A stretch of DNA of 64,000 nt from Chiloscyllium plagiosum (GCF_004010195.1 NC_057751.1:5387223-5451222), one strand, 5' to 3'; positions 12,943 to 26,388 are shown, counted from the first letter of the stretch. Notes: generated by a model from the letters alone, not told the origin. Numbers and translations: made by a program.

Positions 12943-15900
12943 CAGTGAGACTATAATCTCGAACTGAGTTTGACATTATTGAAGTTAGGAAAATTAAACT
13001 CTCCTCCTCCAGTGACAACACATCTTTCACGGGTGGGGAGAAACAGGAAACCAACTGGTGCACAGGAAGATTCCACGAATGCCAGCATGATCCACATTTG
13101 ACCCAGACACGAAGGATCACTCAGAAAGACAAAAGCAAGGTAACCTAGAGGCCGGGAAATACTCAGTAGGTCGGGCGGTGTCTGTGTGGAGAGAGAGAGA
13201 GATGAAATAGGTTTTTCAGGTCTGGGTTCAGTCACTGACACAAGCCATGGACCCTGTTTATCTCTCTCCGTCAGTGCTGTCTGACTAGGGATGACCATCC
13301 TTCAGGATTGTGTCTCAGGATCTTCCAGGTTCACCTGAGAGTGCAGACAGACCTTCCGTTTGAAAAGCTCCCCCTGGCACTGCGGACAGTGCAGCACTCC
13401 CACAGGATGGCTGGAAATCCTTGTGCTGCATTCCCTGGAGTGGCACTTGAACAGCGAGGTGGGAGAGTGCCTATGAGCTCCTTTGCCAGTGTGGACCAGA
13501 CACTGTCACAGACACACAAAGCTATGTCTTTGTGACGTTGCTGCTGCATTCACTGGATTCGTCGCTGCAGTTTCTAAGTTGACCCTTGACACTTCCTGGT
13601 TTTTGTTTTCCCTGGACAGCTGCGTCTCACTTTAACAATGGATCCTGAGCGTCTGGGAGCTTGGCTACAAACACTGAATGGTCTCGACTCTGATTCCTCC
13701 TCGATTGTTTCATTCTTCCACTTCAACCCGAGTGGACGAATGTCAGGGCCTAACGAGACTTTCGATCAACCAGACAGAGATTTGGTGGCATCCTGGGATC
13801 AAGTCAGATCCCAGCTGGAAGCCTGGGAACAGTTTTGGTCCCCTTATCCTAGGACAGTTGACTGACATTGGAGGCAGTCCAGAGAAGGTACCCTTGGCTG
13901 ATCCCAGGGATGGAGGGACTGCCTTAGAAGAGAAGTAAAGACTCGCTCTTAACAGGGAAGGGAATTTGGGGAGGAGTGAGAACTCTGAGCCCAAGGAAAG
14001 GATATGAAGCAGCTGTTAGCAAAACACATGGGCAGTATGTGCATTTTCTTGCAGCAGAACTATGAATATTTTGGACAGAATGGGGGTAGAAAGTTTGTAC
14101 ATTTGCCAAACTAAACAGCATTGTGACTTAAGTTCTCTGGTTGACATCTGGTTTTATCCTTTGAGAGGTGAAATTGAACAGCTTTGACTGATGGGTCCTA
14201 ACTCAAAAACTTCATTCTTCCAAATATTCTACTCCCCGAATGTCTCCCCTTTCAACCGTCGAAGTGTTACTCCTGGAATGAGTGGGTTGACCCAGTCTGT
14301 CATGTTTTCGAGCACATGAACTGTGTCCTTGCTTGGAGATGTAAGGCCAAGGAAGGGAGCACTCCCACGGAACAGATGGCTGGGATTGGCAAGCTCTTCC
14401 CCTCTGAGAGGTGCGGATGTTGCTCAGGACCAGGTCAATGGCGGGTGTTTCGCTGGGAAACCAGTTATCTAACCTTGCAGCCACTTGTCACTAGTTCTGC
14501 CTCACTGAGGGTGTGAGAAAGGGTAAGGGTCACGCAAGGTGGTCAACTTACAACAGCTTCCGCCCAGGCTGTAGGAACAGCCCAAGACTCTCAGTCAGTG
14601 CATGAGGCAGTTTGTCAGAGGAGAGGTCTCCACACGAAGCTGCTGCTGTCTCCAACCCCCAAGATGTGGCTTCCTTTTCAGCGCTGGGAATTCATCAGGG
14701 TGTTGATATCAGGCAGGCCTTTGGAGATCGGAGCAACGATGGATGCAATGTTGAAGGTTGACTGCCTACCTGTACTTGTTGACTCCATTCTTACTTCGGA
14801 AAGGCAGGTGTCACAAAGACAAGAAACGCCGTAATGGGTTGGTGTAAATTACTGCAGATGCTGGAATCTATACTGAAACAAAACTGCTGGCGATCTCATC
14901 GGGTCCGGCAGCATCCATGGAGAGAGAGCAAGTTAGGTGACACTTCATCATGCCTCATATCGATCACTGAAAAAAATCCATCTGGTTGAGTGAAACCCTT
15001 TACGGATAGAAATCTGCTCTCCTTACCTGGTCTGGCCTACACGTGACTCCAGACCACACAACTCTCTGGTTAACTCTTGTCAGCCTTCTGGGCAACTAGG
15101 GATGGTCAATAATACTGACCCAGCTGATAACCCTCACATGCTTTGAAAGAATATGAATGGAGATTTTGAGCTTGATTGGCCATCAGATTTGTGCCTGTGA
15201 ATTATTGCTGTGATATCGTGTTCAGTGGGACATTTCAGGCACTCCACTCTTGAAAGAGATTTCACTTCCCCTGCAATCAATCGCAGCAATCCAGTTTTGT
15301 TGCCTCTGATTCTCAAGTTTGCAATTTTCTAAAACTCTGAATATGTGTCTCCATCCTCCAAAACGTTGACTGACAGATAATCTACAGCTTGCTCAAAGGA
15401 GACCCCAGAGGTCACATGCCCACACCAGGGCTTTGTCCCGGGATTGTTCTGTAGATCCAGAAGGACCCCAACAGGGCTGGTCAACATCAATTGAGACTTC
15501 CTGGCTTTCCCATTGTGGGATCCTACTGCCCCACTTTGAATGAGGGAGAAAATCAGGGGAACAGCAAGGAAATTTGAGGGCAGGTTTTCCAAAGACCATT
15601 TGTGAGGTGATGCCAAATTGACTTGTGGTGGGCTGCGGGAGTCGCCAATGTTCCCAGCTCCTCCAAAAGGCTGGACCAAGTAATGCTGAGCAGAGCTGGA
15701 TCTGATGACTTCAGGGCCATGGCTGTGTGCTGGTTCCACTCAATGCTGTTTTATTGAAAACATTACCTTGCCTCCAGCAGCTGCTTGGCAAGATCTTGGA
15801 GATTCCCTGCTCAGCCACCCCCCTCATCGCCTTTCAGAAGTCACCTCTTTGTGAAATCACCTCAAAGGATGGAGTCAACAAGCACAGGCAGACCGTCAAC

Positions 15901-17400
15901 CTTCAAGGTTGTGTCCATCATCTCCAAAGGCCTGCCTGATATCAACACCCTGATGAATTCCCAGCACTGAAAAGGAAGCCACATCTTGGGGGTTAGAGAC
16001 AGCAGCAGCTTCGTGTGGAGACCTCTCCTCTGGCAAACAAGCAAACTCTCAATCACTGCCTCATGCACTGACTGAGAGTCTTGGGCTGTTCCTACAGCCT
16101 GGGCGAGAGTGGCTGTAAGTTGACCAGCTTGTGGTCTCCACTGCATTTTCCCCTTGTCAAAGTCCTTCATGCCGGGGCTTGACATTTCATTGCTGACCTG
16201 CAAAGCCCATTCTGAATGTTACTGCTTATTTCCTGTTGTTGCATACATCCTGAATGGCCCACAGATGACCCAGTGGAGGTTCTCAAGATGATCTGAGGGG
16301 GTTCCCATTGATTGTACAACAGGCGGTTGACACAGAAGCAGACATCATAGAGCTTAGGATCATGAGGGGAGAGAATAAGAAACGCTAGGCGCTGGAAGAG
16401 TTGACTTGCGAAAGATGGTTATGGAGCTCTCAGTCATAAATTGACGAGGAAATTGAGCGGTTACTGAGGTTGTGGAACTTACAGGGTTAATAACGAAGAG
16501 CAAGGATGAGGCACTCCACGCAGAGCTAGCACAGCCACTTTGGGCTGAATGGCCTCATCCTGTCTAGGGTGCCAGGATTGAGGCTTTCATTTCCCATGTC
16601 CGGAGCAGCTCAGAAAGAATGAGAACGACTGGGTACGTAGCTCGGGGTGAAGCAAGAGAGGTGCTGTCTGTGGTGGAGCATCTGGTGCTGAGCAGCTAGA
16701 GCCCCCTCCTGTGGAAAGAGCCCCTCAGGCACATTCCTTCATTGGCACCGACAGCAGCAGCACAGCTGTACACAGCCTCAGCAGCTTGGTGGCTGGAAAC
16801 ACTGGCCACCTTCCCAATGGATGACGCTACCAACCACTGCCACCCTGCTCCGTGGGTGAGGTGGTCTCCCGATGGAGCAACAACATCGACGCGGCTGTGC
16901 CCCCCCCCCCACCTCCCCCCTTCAACCCTCCAGGGATCAGAAAGGAATCTGCTCGCTGAGGGGTGGAGCTGGGCTCTCTCTCTCATTTCCGACTGCGTGG
17001 TGGTTGGGTGTTTTCATTTGGGTTCAGTGTGTGCATCTGTTTGCAGAGCAGAAAACCTTCAATGGGCCGGGGGGGCACGGGGGCCCCCCCCCCAGTTCCA
17101 TTCAGACAAAGGAAAGGAATCTCAGTGTTTCTCGCTGACCTGGCAGATTTGTCTCTGTTGAGCATCTGATCGAACTGCCTGCAGTCAGTCAGTCAGTCAG
17201 GGTCTTGCTTTAATTACTGTCTGACTGTTGCCTACATACACTGCACTGAGACTCATTGAAAACTCCACTCCAGCACCACCCGAACAAAGCTCTTGGGCAG
17301 CAGCCAACTGTAGTGCACTGTACTGGCTTTAACTCTGTTTTACCCGGCTTGGAAACAGCTTTACCACAATCAAATGCTATCCCCCTCCACGCTTCACTTC

Positions 17401-17497
17401 AGCTCTGACTGAGAGTCAACTAGACTCGAAATGTTAGCTTGCTGTCTCTCCACGGATGCTGTCTGAGCCGCTATGATCTCCAGCATCTTTTGTTTCC
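17401..17497 (+). mobile_element. PLE terminus with degenerate hammerhead motif
   Basis: AGCT-CTGACTG-A-GAGTC-aacta-GACTC-GAAAT-GTT-AGCT then the ...gatctccagcatc tail. Confidence 0.6.
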
Positions 17498-18294
17498 AGA
17501 ATCTCGAGTTGTGTCTTTCACGACATGCAGGCATTACTGGTGTTTACTGCCGGTCACAATTTGCTTCTTGAGAAGGTGGTGTTGAGCTCCTTCCTGTGGG
17601 TAGACCCACAATACTGTTTGGGAGGGAATGACAGGATTTTGACCCCGTCGATTTGAAGGAGAGGCGATACATCACCGAGACGGAGGACAGTGTGCAACAT
17701 GGAGGGTATTTTGCAGGGGGTGCTGTCCTCATGTATGTGCTGCCCTTGTCTTTCCAGCTGGTGGTGGTGGTCATTGCAGACATCCGGACCCTGTCTTGGA
17801 TGACCACCTGTGTTAGAGAGTCATAGTCAGAGAGTACAGCATAGAAACAGGCCGTTCGGCCCACCACATCTATGCTGCCCAAAAATACCAAACTGTACTA
17901 ATCTGATTTCCATGTACTCGGTCCATAGTCCTGGCATTTTAAGTATTCATCCAGATATGTGGTAAATGTTGTGAGAGTACCTGTGTCCACCATCCTCTCA
18001 AGAGACACATCCATTATTCAATTCCAAACCTGTATAATCTTCTGTCTTGAATACTCTGGGGACATCTGTCACTCCTTCATGTCGAGCTGAAACGATAATG
18101 GATGAGCCACAATGGGAGAAGGAAGATTGGCTAAGGGATGGATGCAGTGCTAGTGGAGGTAATGACATGGAGAATGTTTCAAACAGTGTGAGATAAAAGC
18201 AGCATTGTGCTGAAATAACAGTGCCATGCACAGATATGTCTGAAACATTAAGGTCAGTAATGTGGGCATGGTGGAACAATTCTGAAATGGTCAC

Positions 18295-18997
18295 CACCAT
18301 CTGTGACACTGAGGCATCCTGTGGCCAGATGCAGCAAGACCTGGACTATATTCAGGCTTGTTATACAAGTGTTATCCAGGCAATGACCATCTCCCTGTGA
18401 CATTCAATGGAAATTCCTGTTGCTGAACATCCCACAATCAACGACCTAGTAGCCACCAGTGACAAGAAAACAAACTGAACTGGGCACATAAATACTGTGG
18501 CTGCAAGTGAGGTCAGAGACGAGGAATCCTGCAGTTGGTTATTCACCTCCTGACTCCCCAAAGCCTGTCCACCATCGACAGGGCACAAGTCAGGAGTGGG
18601 ATGGAATACTCCCCACTCACCTGGATGGGGTAGCTCTAACACTCAAGAAGCTTGACTTGAACCAGGACAAAGCAGCTCTTTCAACATTCACTGCCTTCAG
18701 CACTGGTGCACAGTTGCAGCAGTATGTACCATCTACATGATGCACTGCAGCAACACCCCAAGGGTCTTTTGACAGCACCTTCCAAACCTGCAACCTCTAC
18801 CATCTACTCGAACAAGAGCACAGGTTCCACAGGGACACCACCACCTGCATGTTCCCCTCCCAGCCACTCACCATCCTGACCTGGGACCACAACTGCTGTT
18901 CCTCTATTGGGTTAAAATCCTGAAACTCTGTCCCAAGTAGCGTTATGGTATGCTTGCAACACGAGGACTGCTGAGGTTCAAGAAAGCAGCTTATTAC
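18295..18997 (+). mobile_element. CR1/L2-clade LINE family B fragment
   Basis: cagatgcagcaagacctggac (QMQQDLD) and the shared 3' region; interrupted at 18998. Confidence 0.7.
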
Positions 18998-19218
18998 TGT
19001 TGTGGTTGAAATGAGGTCAGCCAGCTATATGCCATAGGATCTGAGTTCCCTGATTGGGTCTGTTAACCTGGTCCAATCAGGGAGCCCTGGCTGACTGATA
19101 GAAACCAGAGCTCAGTCTGAGAGCTGGCTCTGACAAGGAATGCCAGAGTCTGGGACTTTCTACATGTAAAGAAAGGGTGACTTGGTGATGGGATCCTGGA
19201 CTGTTTGGAGTTACTTCA
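18998..19218. mobile_element. Probable solo LTR inserted in a LINE tail
   Basis: Begins TGTTG, ends TTCA, splits the LINE family B tail; internal inverted repeat ccctgattgg...ccaatcaggg; TSD unclear. Confidence 0.45.
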
Positions 19219-19629
19219 ACCATCACCTTCTCTAGCGCAGTCGGTGATAGGTAACAAATGCTGACCGAGCTAGTGATGTCTACGTCCCATGACCGAGTGA
19301 TTACAAAGTGATCATGTGATTGTGCAGGTGATGCAGAGACATCTAACCAACTAACTAAATCTCGGGTATAAAAATCTTGTCTCACTGATGATCTACCATG
19401 AAACTACCTGATCTGGTCTGTCTGTAACTCCAGATTTCTGGGTGACTATGAACTGGCTTCAAAGAAAGCCAAGCAGTGATGCGAAGCGAAAACTTTTTTA
19501 AAAAAGCCAACAGAAGCAGCACAGCTCAACAGAGCTCCAAGACCACCTTGTCAAGGGAATAAGGGACAGGCAATAAATGCTCACTTCGACAGCATCATGA
19601 GTGGTCGAGGAAGGTGTGCTGAGGATGCT

Positions 19630-21340
19630 GGAAGTATGGAGAGGGATACAGACAGGTTTGGTGAGTGGGCAAGGGTCTGGCAGATGGAGTACAATGCTGG
19701 TAAATGTGAGGTCATCCAGTTCGGTAGGAAGAACAGTGAAAAGGACTAATATTGAATGGTGAAAAATTGCAGGGGGACATGGGTGCCCTTGTGCATGAAT
19801 CACAAAAAGTTGGTTTGCTGGTGCAGCAGGTAATTAGGAAGGCAAAAGCAGTATTGTCCATCATTATTCGAGGGATTGAGTTTAAAAGCAGAGAGGTTAT
19901 GTTGCAGCTGTACGGGATGCTGGTGAGGCCATGCCTAGATACTGCGTGCAGTTTTGGTCTCCTTACTTAAGAAAGGATGTACTGGCACTGGAGGGGGTGC
20001 AGAGGAGGTTCACCAGGTTGATTCCGGAGTTGGGAATTAGCCCAGCTTATTCAGGGAACAGCTAGTGCGTGTCTTTGGTAAGTATGTACCTCTCAGGCAG
20101 GGAGGAAGTGGTTGAGTGAGGGGGGCCATGATTTACTAAAGAAGTTGAATCTCTTGTTAAGAGGAAGAAGGGGCTTATGTTAGGATGAGACATGCTGGCT
20201 CAGTCAGTGTGCTTGAGAGTTACAAGTTAGCCAGGAAAAACCTAAAGAGAGAGCTAAGAAGAGCTGAGAGAGGACATGAGAAGTCGTTGGTAAGTAGGAT
20301 CAAGGAAAACCCTAAAGCTTTCTATTGGTATATCAGGATTAAAGAAAGACTAGGATAAGTTAGGTTCAATTAAGGACAGTAGTGGGAAGTTGTGCATGGA
20401 GTCCGAAAACATAGGAGAGGCACGAAATGAGTATTTTTCGTCAGTATTCACACAGGAAAAAGGCAATGTTGTCGAGGTGAATATTGAGATACAGGCTAGT
20501 AGACTAGGTGTGATTGAGCTGAAAATGTGTTGCTGGAACAACGCAGCAGGTCAGGCAGCATCCAGAGAACAGGAGAATCGATGTTTCGGGCATAAGCCCT
20601 TCTTCAGGAATGGCTTATGCCCTGAAGAAGAGCTTATGCCCGAAACGTTGATTCTCCTGTTCCCTGGATGCTGCCTGACCTGCTGCGCTTTTCCAGCAAC
20701 ACATTTTCAGCTCTGATCCCCAGCATCTGCAGACCTCACTTTCTCCTCCTAGGTGTGATTGAGGTTCACAAGCAAGAGGTGTTAGCAATTCTGGAGAGTG
20801 TGAAAATAGATAAGTCCCCTGGGCTGGATGGGATTTATCCTAGGATTCTCTGGGAAGCCAGGGAGGAGATTGCAGAATCTTTGGCTTTGATCTTTATTTT
20901 GTCATTGTCGACTGGAACAGTGCCAGAATATGAGGATAGCAAATGTTGTTCCCTTGTTGAAGAAGGGGAGTAAAGACAACCCTGGTAATTATAGACCAGT
21001 GAGCCCTACTTTGGTGTTGGAAAAGGATTATAAGAGATAGGATTTATAATCATCTGGAAAGGAATAAATTGATTAGGGATAGTCAACGTGGTTTTGTGAA
21101 GGGTAGGTTGTGCCTCAGAAACCTTATTGAGTTCTTTGAGAAGGTGACCAAACAGATGGATGAGGGTAAAGCAGTTGATGTGGTGTACATGGATTTCAGT
21201 AAAGCCTTTGATAAGGTTCCCCACGATAGGCTATTGCACAAAATATGGAGGTCTGGAATTGAGGGTAATTTAGCAGCTTGGATCAGAAATTGGCTAGCTG
21301 AAAGAAGATAGAGGGTGATGGTTGATAGGAAATGTCCATC
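19630..21340 (+). mobile_element. CR1 ORF2 fragments (RT region), interrupted
   Basis: VKIDKSPGLDGIYPRILWEAREEIAE; SQRGFVKGRLCLRNLIEFFEKVT...VDVVYMDFSKAFDKVPH; stops and frameshifts present. Confidence 0.9.
20519..20748. mobile_element. PLE-derived hairpin mini-element with 15-bp TSD, inside CR1
   Basis: TSD ctaggtgtgattgag at 20504-20518 and 20749-20763; arms 20516-20608 and 20621-20713; CTGAAGA...GAAAC on both strands. Confidence 0.85.
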
Positions 21341-21342
21341 CT

Positions 21343-21600
21343 GGTGTCTGTGTGGAGTTTGCACATTCTCCCCGTGTCTATGTGGGTTTCTCTGGGCGCT
21401 CTGGTTTCCTCCCACAATCCAAAGATGTGCAGGTTTGGTGAATTGGCCATGGGAAATTGCCCATAGTGTTCAGGGATTTGTAGGTTGGGTGCATTCCCTT
21501 AACCTAAATATAGAGTAGGGGAATGGGTCTGTGTAGGTTACTCTTTGGAAGGTTGGTGTGGACTTGTTGGGCCAAAAGGCATGTTTCCTGTAGGGATTCA
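21343..21600 (+). mobile_element. HE1/V-SINE-like SINE, 5' truncated
   Basis: tgtctgtgtggagtttgcacattctccccgtgtc...gggtttc...cccacaatccaaagatgtgcagg and CR1-like tail. Confidence 0.75.
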
Positions 21601-22339
21601 AATTCAAAGGTACCTTTGAGAGAGCTATTCTGTGGGTAGTCTGCATGTGTTGGTAACTTGGCAGTTCTCCCCCTAGCTGTTCAATTTTTCCCGGTCTTGC
21701 AGGATAGGATAATTTCATTGGTTTTAATATTGTCAAAATACCAAATTCAAACTTGATTGGAGTTTAGTATCTTGGGGCATAATTTAAACTGATTGGCCAA
21801 ATTTGAATTTGTTTTTGTCTCATAGCAACCCAGGTATGGATAGCTGCAGGACCAAAGTTACATTGTAAATTCTCCAGCACTCTGTGTGTTTGCTAAGTCC
21901 TTCAGCTCTCTTAAAGGTACAGTATCTCTTACCCCTTCATAAGAATAGTGTAGGATAGCGGGGCTACAGATTGGTTTCACAGGTTGGCACAACATTGAGG
22001 GTCAAAGGGGCTGTACTGTGCCATAATGTTCTATGATCTATGTTCTAATTGGCTTATGAGGAACGATTGAGTAGACTGGGTCTATAATTATCGGAATATC
22101 AAGGAATGAGAGGGAATTGTATAGAAACCTGTAAAATTCTGGAGGGAATAGATATGATAAAAGCAGGGAGGTTGTTTCCACTGGGGGATGAAACTAGAAC
22201 AAGGGTGGCACAGCCTCAAACTAAGGGGGTGGGGGTTGGGGGGAGGATTTAGGACTGAGTTGAGGAGAGTTTCTTCACCTAAAGAGTTGTGAATCTGTGG
22301 AATCACCATCCAGTGATGCCTCGCTAAATGTGTTTAAGG

Positions 22340-22514
22340 AAGAGAAAATGGGGACTGCAGATGCTGGCGATCAGAGTGAAGAGTGTGGTGCTGGAAAAGC
22401 TCAGCAGGTCCGAGGAGCTGATGATGAAGGGTTTATGCCCGAATCATTGATTCTCCTGCACCTCGGATGCTGCCTGACCAGCTGTGCTTTTCTAGCACCA
22501 CACTCTTAACTCTG
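22340..22514. mobile_element. PLE-derived hairpin mini-element inside a CR1 tail
   Basis: Imperfect TSD aatgtgtttaagg (22327-22339) / aatgggtttaagg (22515-22527); CTGATGA-tgaagggtttatgcccgaa near 22418-22443. Confidence 0.7.
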
Positions 22515-23829
22515 AATGGGTTTAAGGCAAAGGTAGATTTTTGAACAGAGAAAAAACTGGGGGCTATCCTAAGAGGGTAAGTGGAGCTGAGTCCATGAAA
22601 AGATTAGCCGTGATCTTATTGAATGGTGGAGCAGGCTCAAGGGGGTCGGGGGCCTACTCCCCCTTCTGGTTCTTACATTCCTATGTCATCTGCATCCTAT
22701 GAAGGAGCGTTTGACAAAGACTTCTTTTCCCACCTCTGCATTCTGCTTCTGCTCTGAACTCCCACTGCCATGTGAACCTCTCACACACAGCTCAGTATCT
22801 TCTCTTGTGTTCCAGTCTGTCCAGCCTTTCCTGTGATGGAGGATTATCTGCCTGTCAGCTGATCCCTCTTTTTTTACAGGGTACGCCTGGTGCTGCTCCT
22901 GACATACCCTCCTACACTCCCCACTGAACCAGGGGGTGACTCCTGGCTTGATGGTCATGGTTGAGCGAGGGATTTGATAGGCCATGAGGTTACACGTTGT
23001 GCTGAAGTACAGTTCTGCTGCTATTGATGGCCCACAGCACCTTGCGCATGCCCAGTCTTGAGTTGCGAGACCTGTCCCATTTAGCACGTGCTATAAAACA
23101 CGCTGAAGGGTGTACTTCATGTGAAGACGGGATGCTGTCTCCACAAGGACTGTGCCAGTGGTCAGTCTTCCCGATACTGTCAGGGACAAATGCATCAGCA
23201 GTTAGCAGTTAGGTAAGGATGGGTTTATCCCTCTTGATGAACCCACTAACTGGAGGCCAGTCAGCCTGATGTCGGTGATGGGAAAACTCCAGTTTGGGTA
23301 ATGTGCAGGCAGGCACAACATTAATCGTCAGTTGGAAAACTGTGCCAGCTCTCAGGGACCTGTAAAAGGCAGATTGTACCTGAGCAACTTGGGACAGAGT
23401 TCTTTGATGAAGTAACAGAGAGGGTTGCTGAGTGTTACACTGCTGCCATTATGGAAAGGCTGAGAGATGAAGTGAAGCTCATGGGGTTAGAGGAACACTG
23501 GAGCAAAGGGAACCCACTGAGAGAAGCAGGGAGCAGTTGTTTTTTTTAGACTGGGAGCAGTGTTGTCCATCAGGGAGTTGGTTTTAGAAGCTGTGTGCCT
23601 CTATCATTTCTCATGACTGTGAGCTCGATCTGGATATACAAGGCATCCCTTCAGTGATAAATTCCTGGAGCAGTGAGGAGGGCAGGCAGTAAGAGGCTAC
23701 CGGTGCACATTAACAGACTGTTAAAGTGGACAGACAACCTGGCAAATATCTTGCTCTCTGAGATCCCCCTAGCCTTCTGAGCAATGGAAACCTTAGTCCT
23801 CAGTCCTGACTACGAGTGGCAGTCCTTCT

Positions 23830-25381
23830 TGTTATGGACCAGACCAGCCCAGACCCCCTCAAAATATGTTAGGAAGGGAGCTTTGACTCCAGTGTTTTCT
23901 GATTTTAAAGTTCAATGTCAGGTGCTATGTTCCAGATGCAATTTGATTGGTCAAATATTCAACATCAGGTTGTCAGTTTGTTCACTGAGCTGGTAGGTTT
24001 GTTCTCAGACATGGTTTTGTCACTTTGCTAGGTAACATCACCAATGAGCCTCTGGTGAAGTGTTGGTGTTCTGTCCTGCTTACTATTTATGTGTCTTGCT
24101 CTGTTGTGGTGGGTGATGTCATTTCCGGTTCTGTTTCTGAGAGGTTGGTAAAGGGAGTCCAAATCGATGTGTTTGTTGATGGAGTTCCGGTTTGAATACC
24201 ACACCTCTCGGATTTCCTGGGCGTGACTTTGTTTCGCCTGTCCCAGGATGGATGTACTGTCCCAGTCGAACTGGTGTCCCTCATCGTCTGTGTGTAAGGA
24301 TACAAGTGATAGCTGGTAATTGGTAAATCCTGGTGTGTAGCTTCCTGCCCGTTTGTCCAAGGTAATGTTTGTTGCAGTCCTTGCAGGGTATTTTGTATAT
24401 TATGTTTGTTCTGCTGGCTGTGGGTACGGGGACCTCTGAATCCATCAATAGTTTTTCAGTTTGGTGGTAGGTTTGTGGGCTACCATGATGCCTAGGGGTC
24501 AGACTAGTTTGGTTGTCACCTCTGAAATGTCTTTGATGTATGGTAGGATGACTAGAGTCTCTGGGCATTTGGTGACTTGCTGCACAGGTCTGTTGCACAG
24601 GAATCGGCAGACTGCGCATATTGGGTAAGCATTGTTTCTGAATACGTGGTATAGGTGTTTCTCCTTGGCTTCTTGTAGTTCCGGGATGCTGCAGTGTGTT
24701 GTGGCTCACAGCTCCATTTGTGTGGGGGGTGGGATGTCGTTGAGTATCTGGTCAGTGTGTTTGGCTTTCCTATAAACGGCTGGTCTGCAGTTCTCCATTG
24801 GCTTTTTGTTCGACCATGATGTTCTCCAAAATCTCATAAACAAAATGCATTCAAACACTATACTTAAAATACAGCAAAAGAAAGAAGCACCTGGAATCAC
24901 CTAACTTGATTGGAAACTTCACAGAAGCGTACAGTGTTTAACACCTAAACAGCAACGAGGGTTGGGGGTGGGGGGTGGGGGAGGAATGTAGCAGCATCCC
25001 ATAAACATACCCACAGCAAAAGGTAAATTCAGTTGACAGACCTTGTCTCATATGCAATCCAGCCACTGAGGAAGAGAATCCCCAGTTTTTGGCTGGAATC
25101 AGGAAAGGGAAAAATAGCTGCCACTTCTTCAAGACCCCGACAGCAACTGCTGCTGAAAACTTAAAAACTAAAAATCCCTGATTCTGTGGGTGGGAACTTG
25201 ACCACACCCGTTCAGGCTGCTTCTATTGTTCCAGCTTTAAAAACAAAACACCCAAGGCTCCACAAGGTGTTTTTCTTCTCATAGACTGTTTGGCGCCTGT
25301 GCCCCAGTATCTCTCTCTCTCTCTCTCTCTCTAACAGGAACCAGGACAAAACATACCTCCTTAAGCCACAGCATTGTCACA
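23830..25381. mobile_element. Probable solo LTR split by a Penelope insertion
   Basis: Begins TGTTA, ends TCACA, flanks ttct/gtct; PLE occupies about 23960-24790. Confidence 0.35.
23960..24790 (-). mobile_element. Penelope-like element 3' fragment (RT thumb + GIY-YIG endonuclease, frameshifted) with degenerate terminal hammerhead
   Basis: RTNIIYKIPCKDCNKHYLGQTGRKLHTRI (GIY-YIG), FDWDSTSILGQAK, NSINKHIDLD; downstream TCA-TTGGTGA-TGTTAC...GTGAC-AAAAC...GTC-TGA homologous to 42647-42686. Confidence 0.88.
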
Positions 25382-26388
25382 GTCTGCTGTTTGTGACCAC
25401 ACACTCTTCCAAACAGGGTGGTGATACAGCTGAAAGCCAAAGTCCATTTTTCTAATACTTTGTAACCCAAGTTCTCAATAACTATTGCAGTGTATATGAT
25501 TAACTGACACCACGTCACGCATCATGAGGGATTTCATTGGTGAGGAGGAAACTCTTTGAGAGATCATGAAAGGCATTGTCGAAATACAACTCCTTCAATC
25601 TATTCTTTGTTGTGGTCAACTCAACAATCACACTGAGGCCGTGATGACCTTAACATCATGGGCTGCACTGATCATCAACTGAGTGGCCCAATGAGTGAGT
25701 GTTGGCGCACCCTTGCTAATTTGACAATCTTCCGTGCCTTTCTCTGAGTTATTTGGCAGGTGTCCCCCTCTGTCTTGTGACAGAGAGTGCCATCTCCTTT
25801 TTTTAAACAAAGGTATCTCAGTCAGATTCTATTTGTGTCTCTTGTCAATGAAACCCTTAAGTTAGCCTCTTGAAGGATGATCCCCAAGTGATATCAAGAG
25901 ATGTGACGTTAATCCCTGCTGATGGACTCGACAATGACGTAGATAGCACATTTCACAAACTGACTGTGTGATAAGATTGTCCTCCAACCATCCACGTTAT
26001 TGTGGCCCAGCTCACGCAACAAGACATGTCCCTGCACAGCTCCCAACGAATTGCAGAGACATTTAGGGAATTTTTCCTTTACAGAGTGTTCAAAAGGTCA
26101 TATTGATGGGGAGGACTTGGCAGTCTGTCCTCGGGGGGACTGCATGGCATCTTGGAAGAGTCAAACTGAACGCTCTGACAGTAGTTTGTACAAACGAATT
26201 CTGCCGTGCACTTTCTGGTGAAATTGCTGTGTTCGGTTTCTGGTCAGGTTTCTCTTTTCATTGCACACATCTCATCCGCCAACTGAAGGCAACCAATTGG
26301 TGTAACTCGGGAGGGTGTTTCACTCCAACAGGCAGGACAGAAATGGGCAGGAGAGGCCAGTACTTTCAACTGCTTTAGTTTGGAATTA

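Noticed and set aside
13994..14008. RKGYE-like codons as the penultimate ANTXR1 exon
   Set aside because: No flanking LDALW or VSxMRPQPGD residues and no splice sites; I found no upstream ANTXR1 exon in 1-28113 by eye.
20516..20713. Hairpin elements as pre-miRNAs or classical MITEs
   Set aside because: Arms are asymmetric, inversion points and TSD lengths vary, and the sequence matches PLE-type termini.
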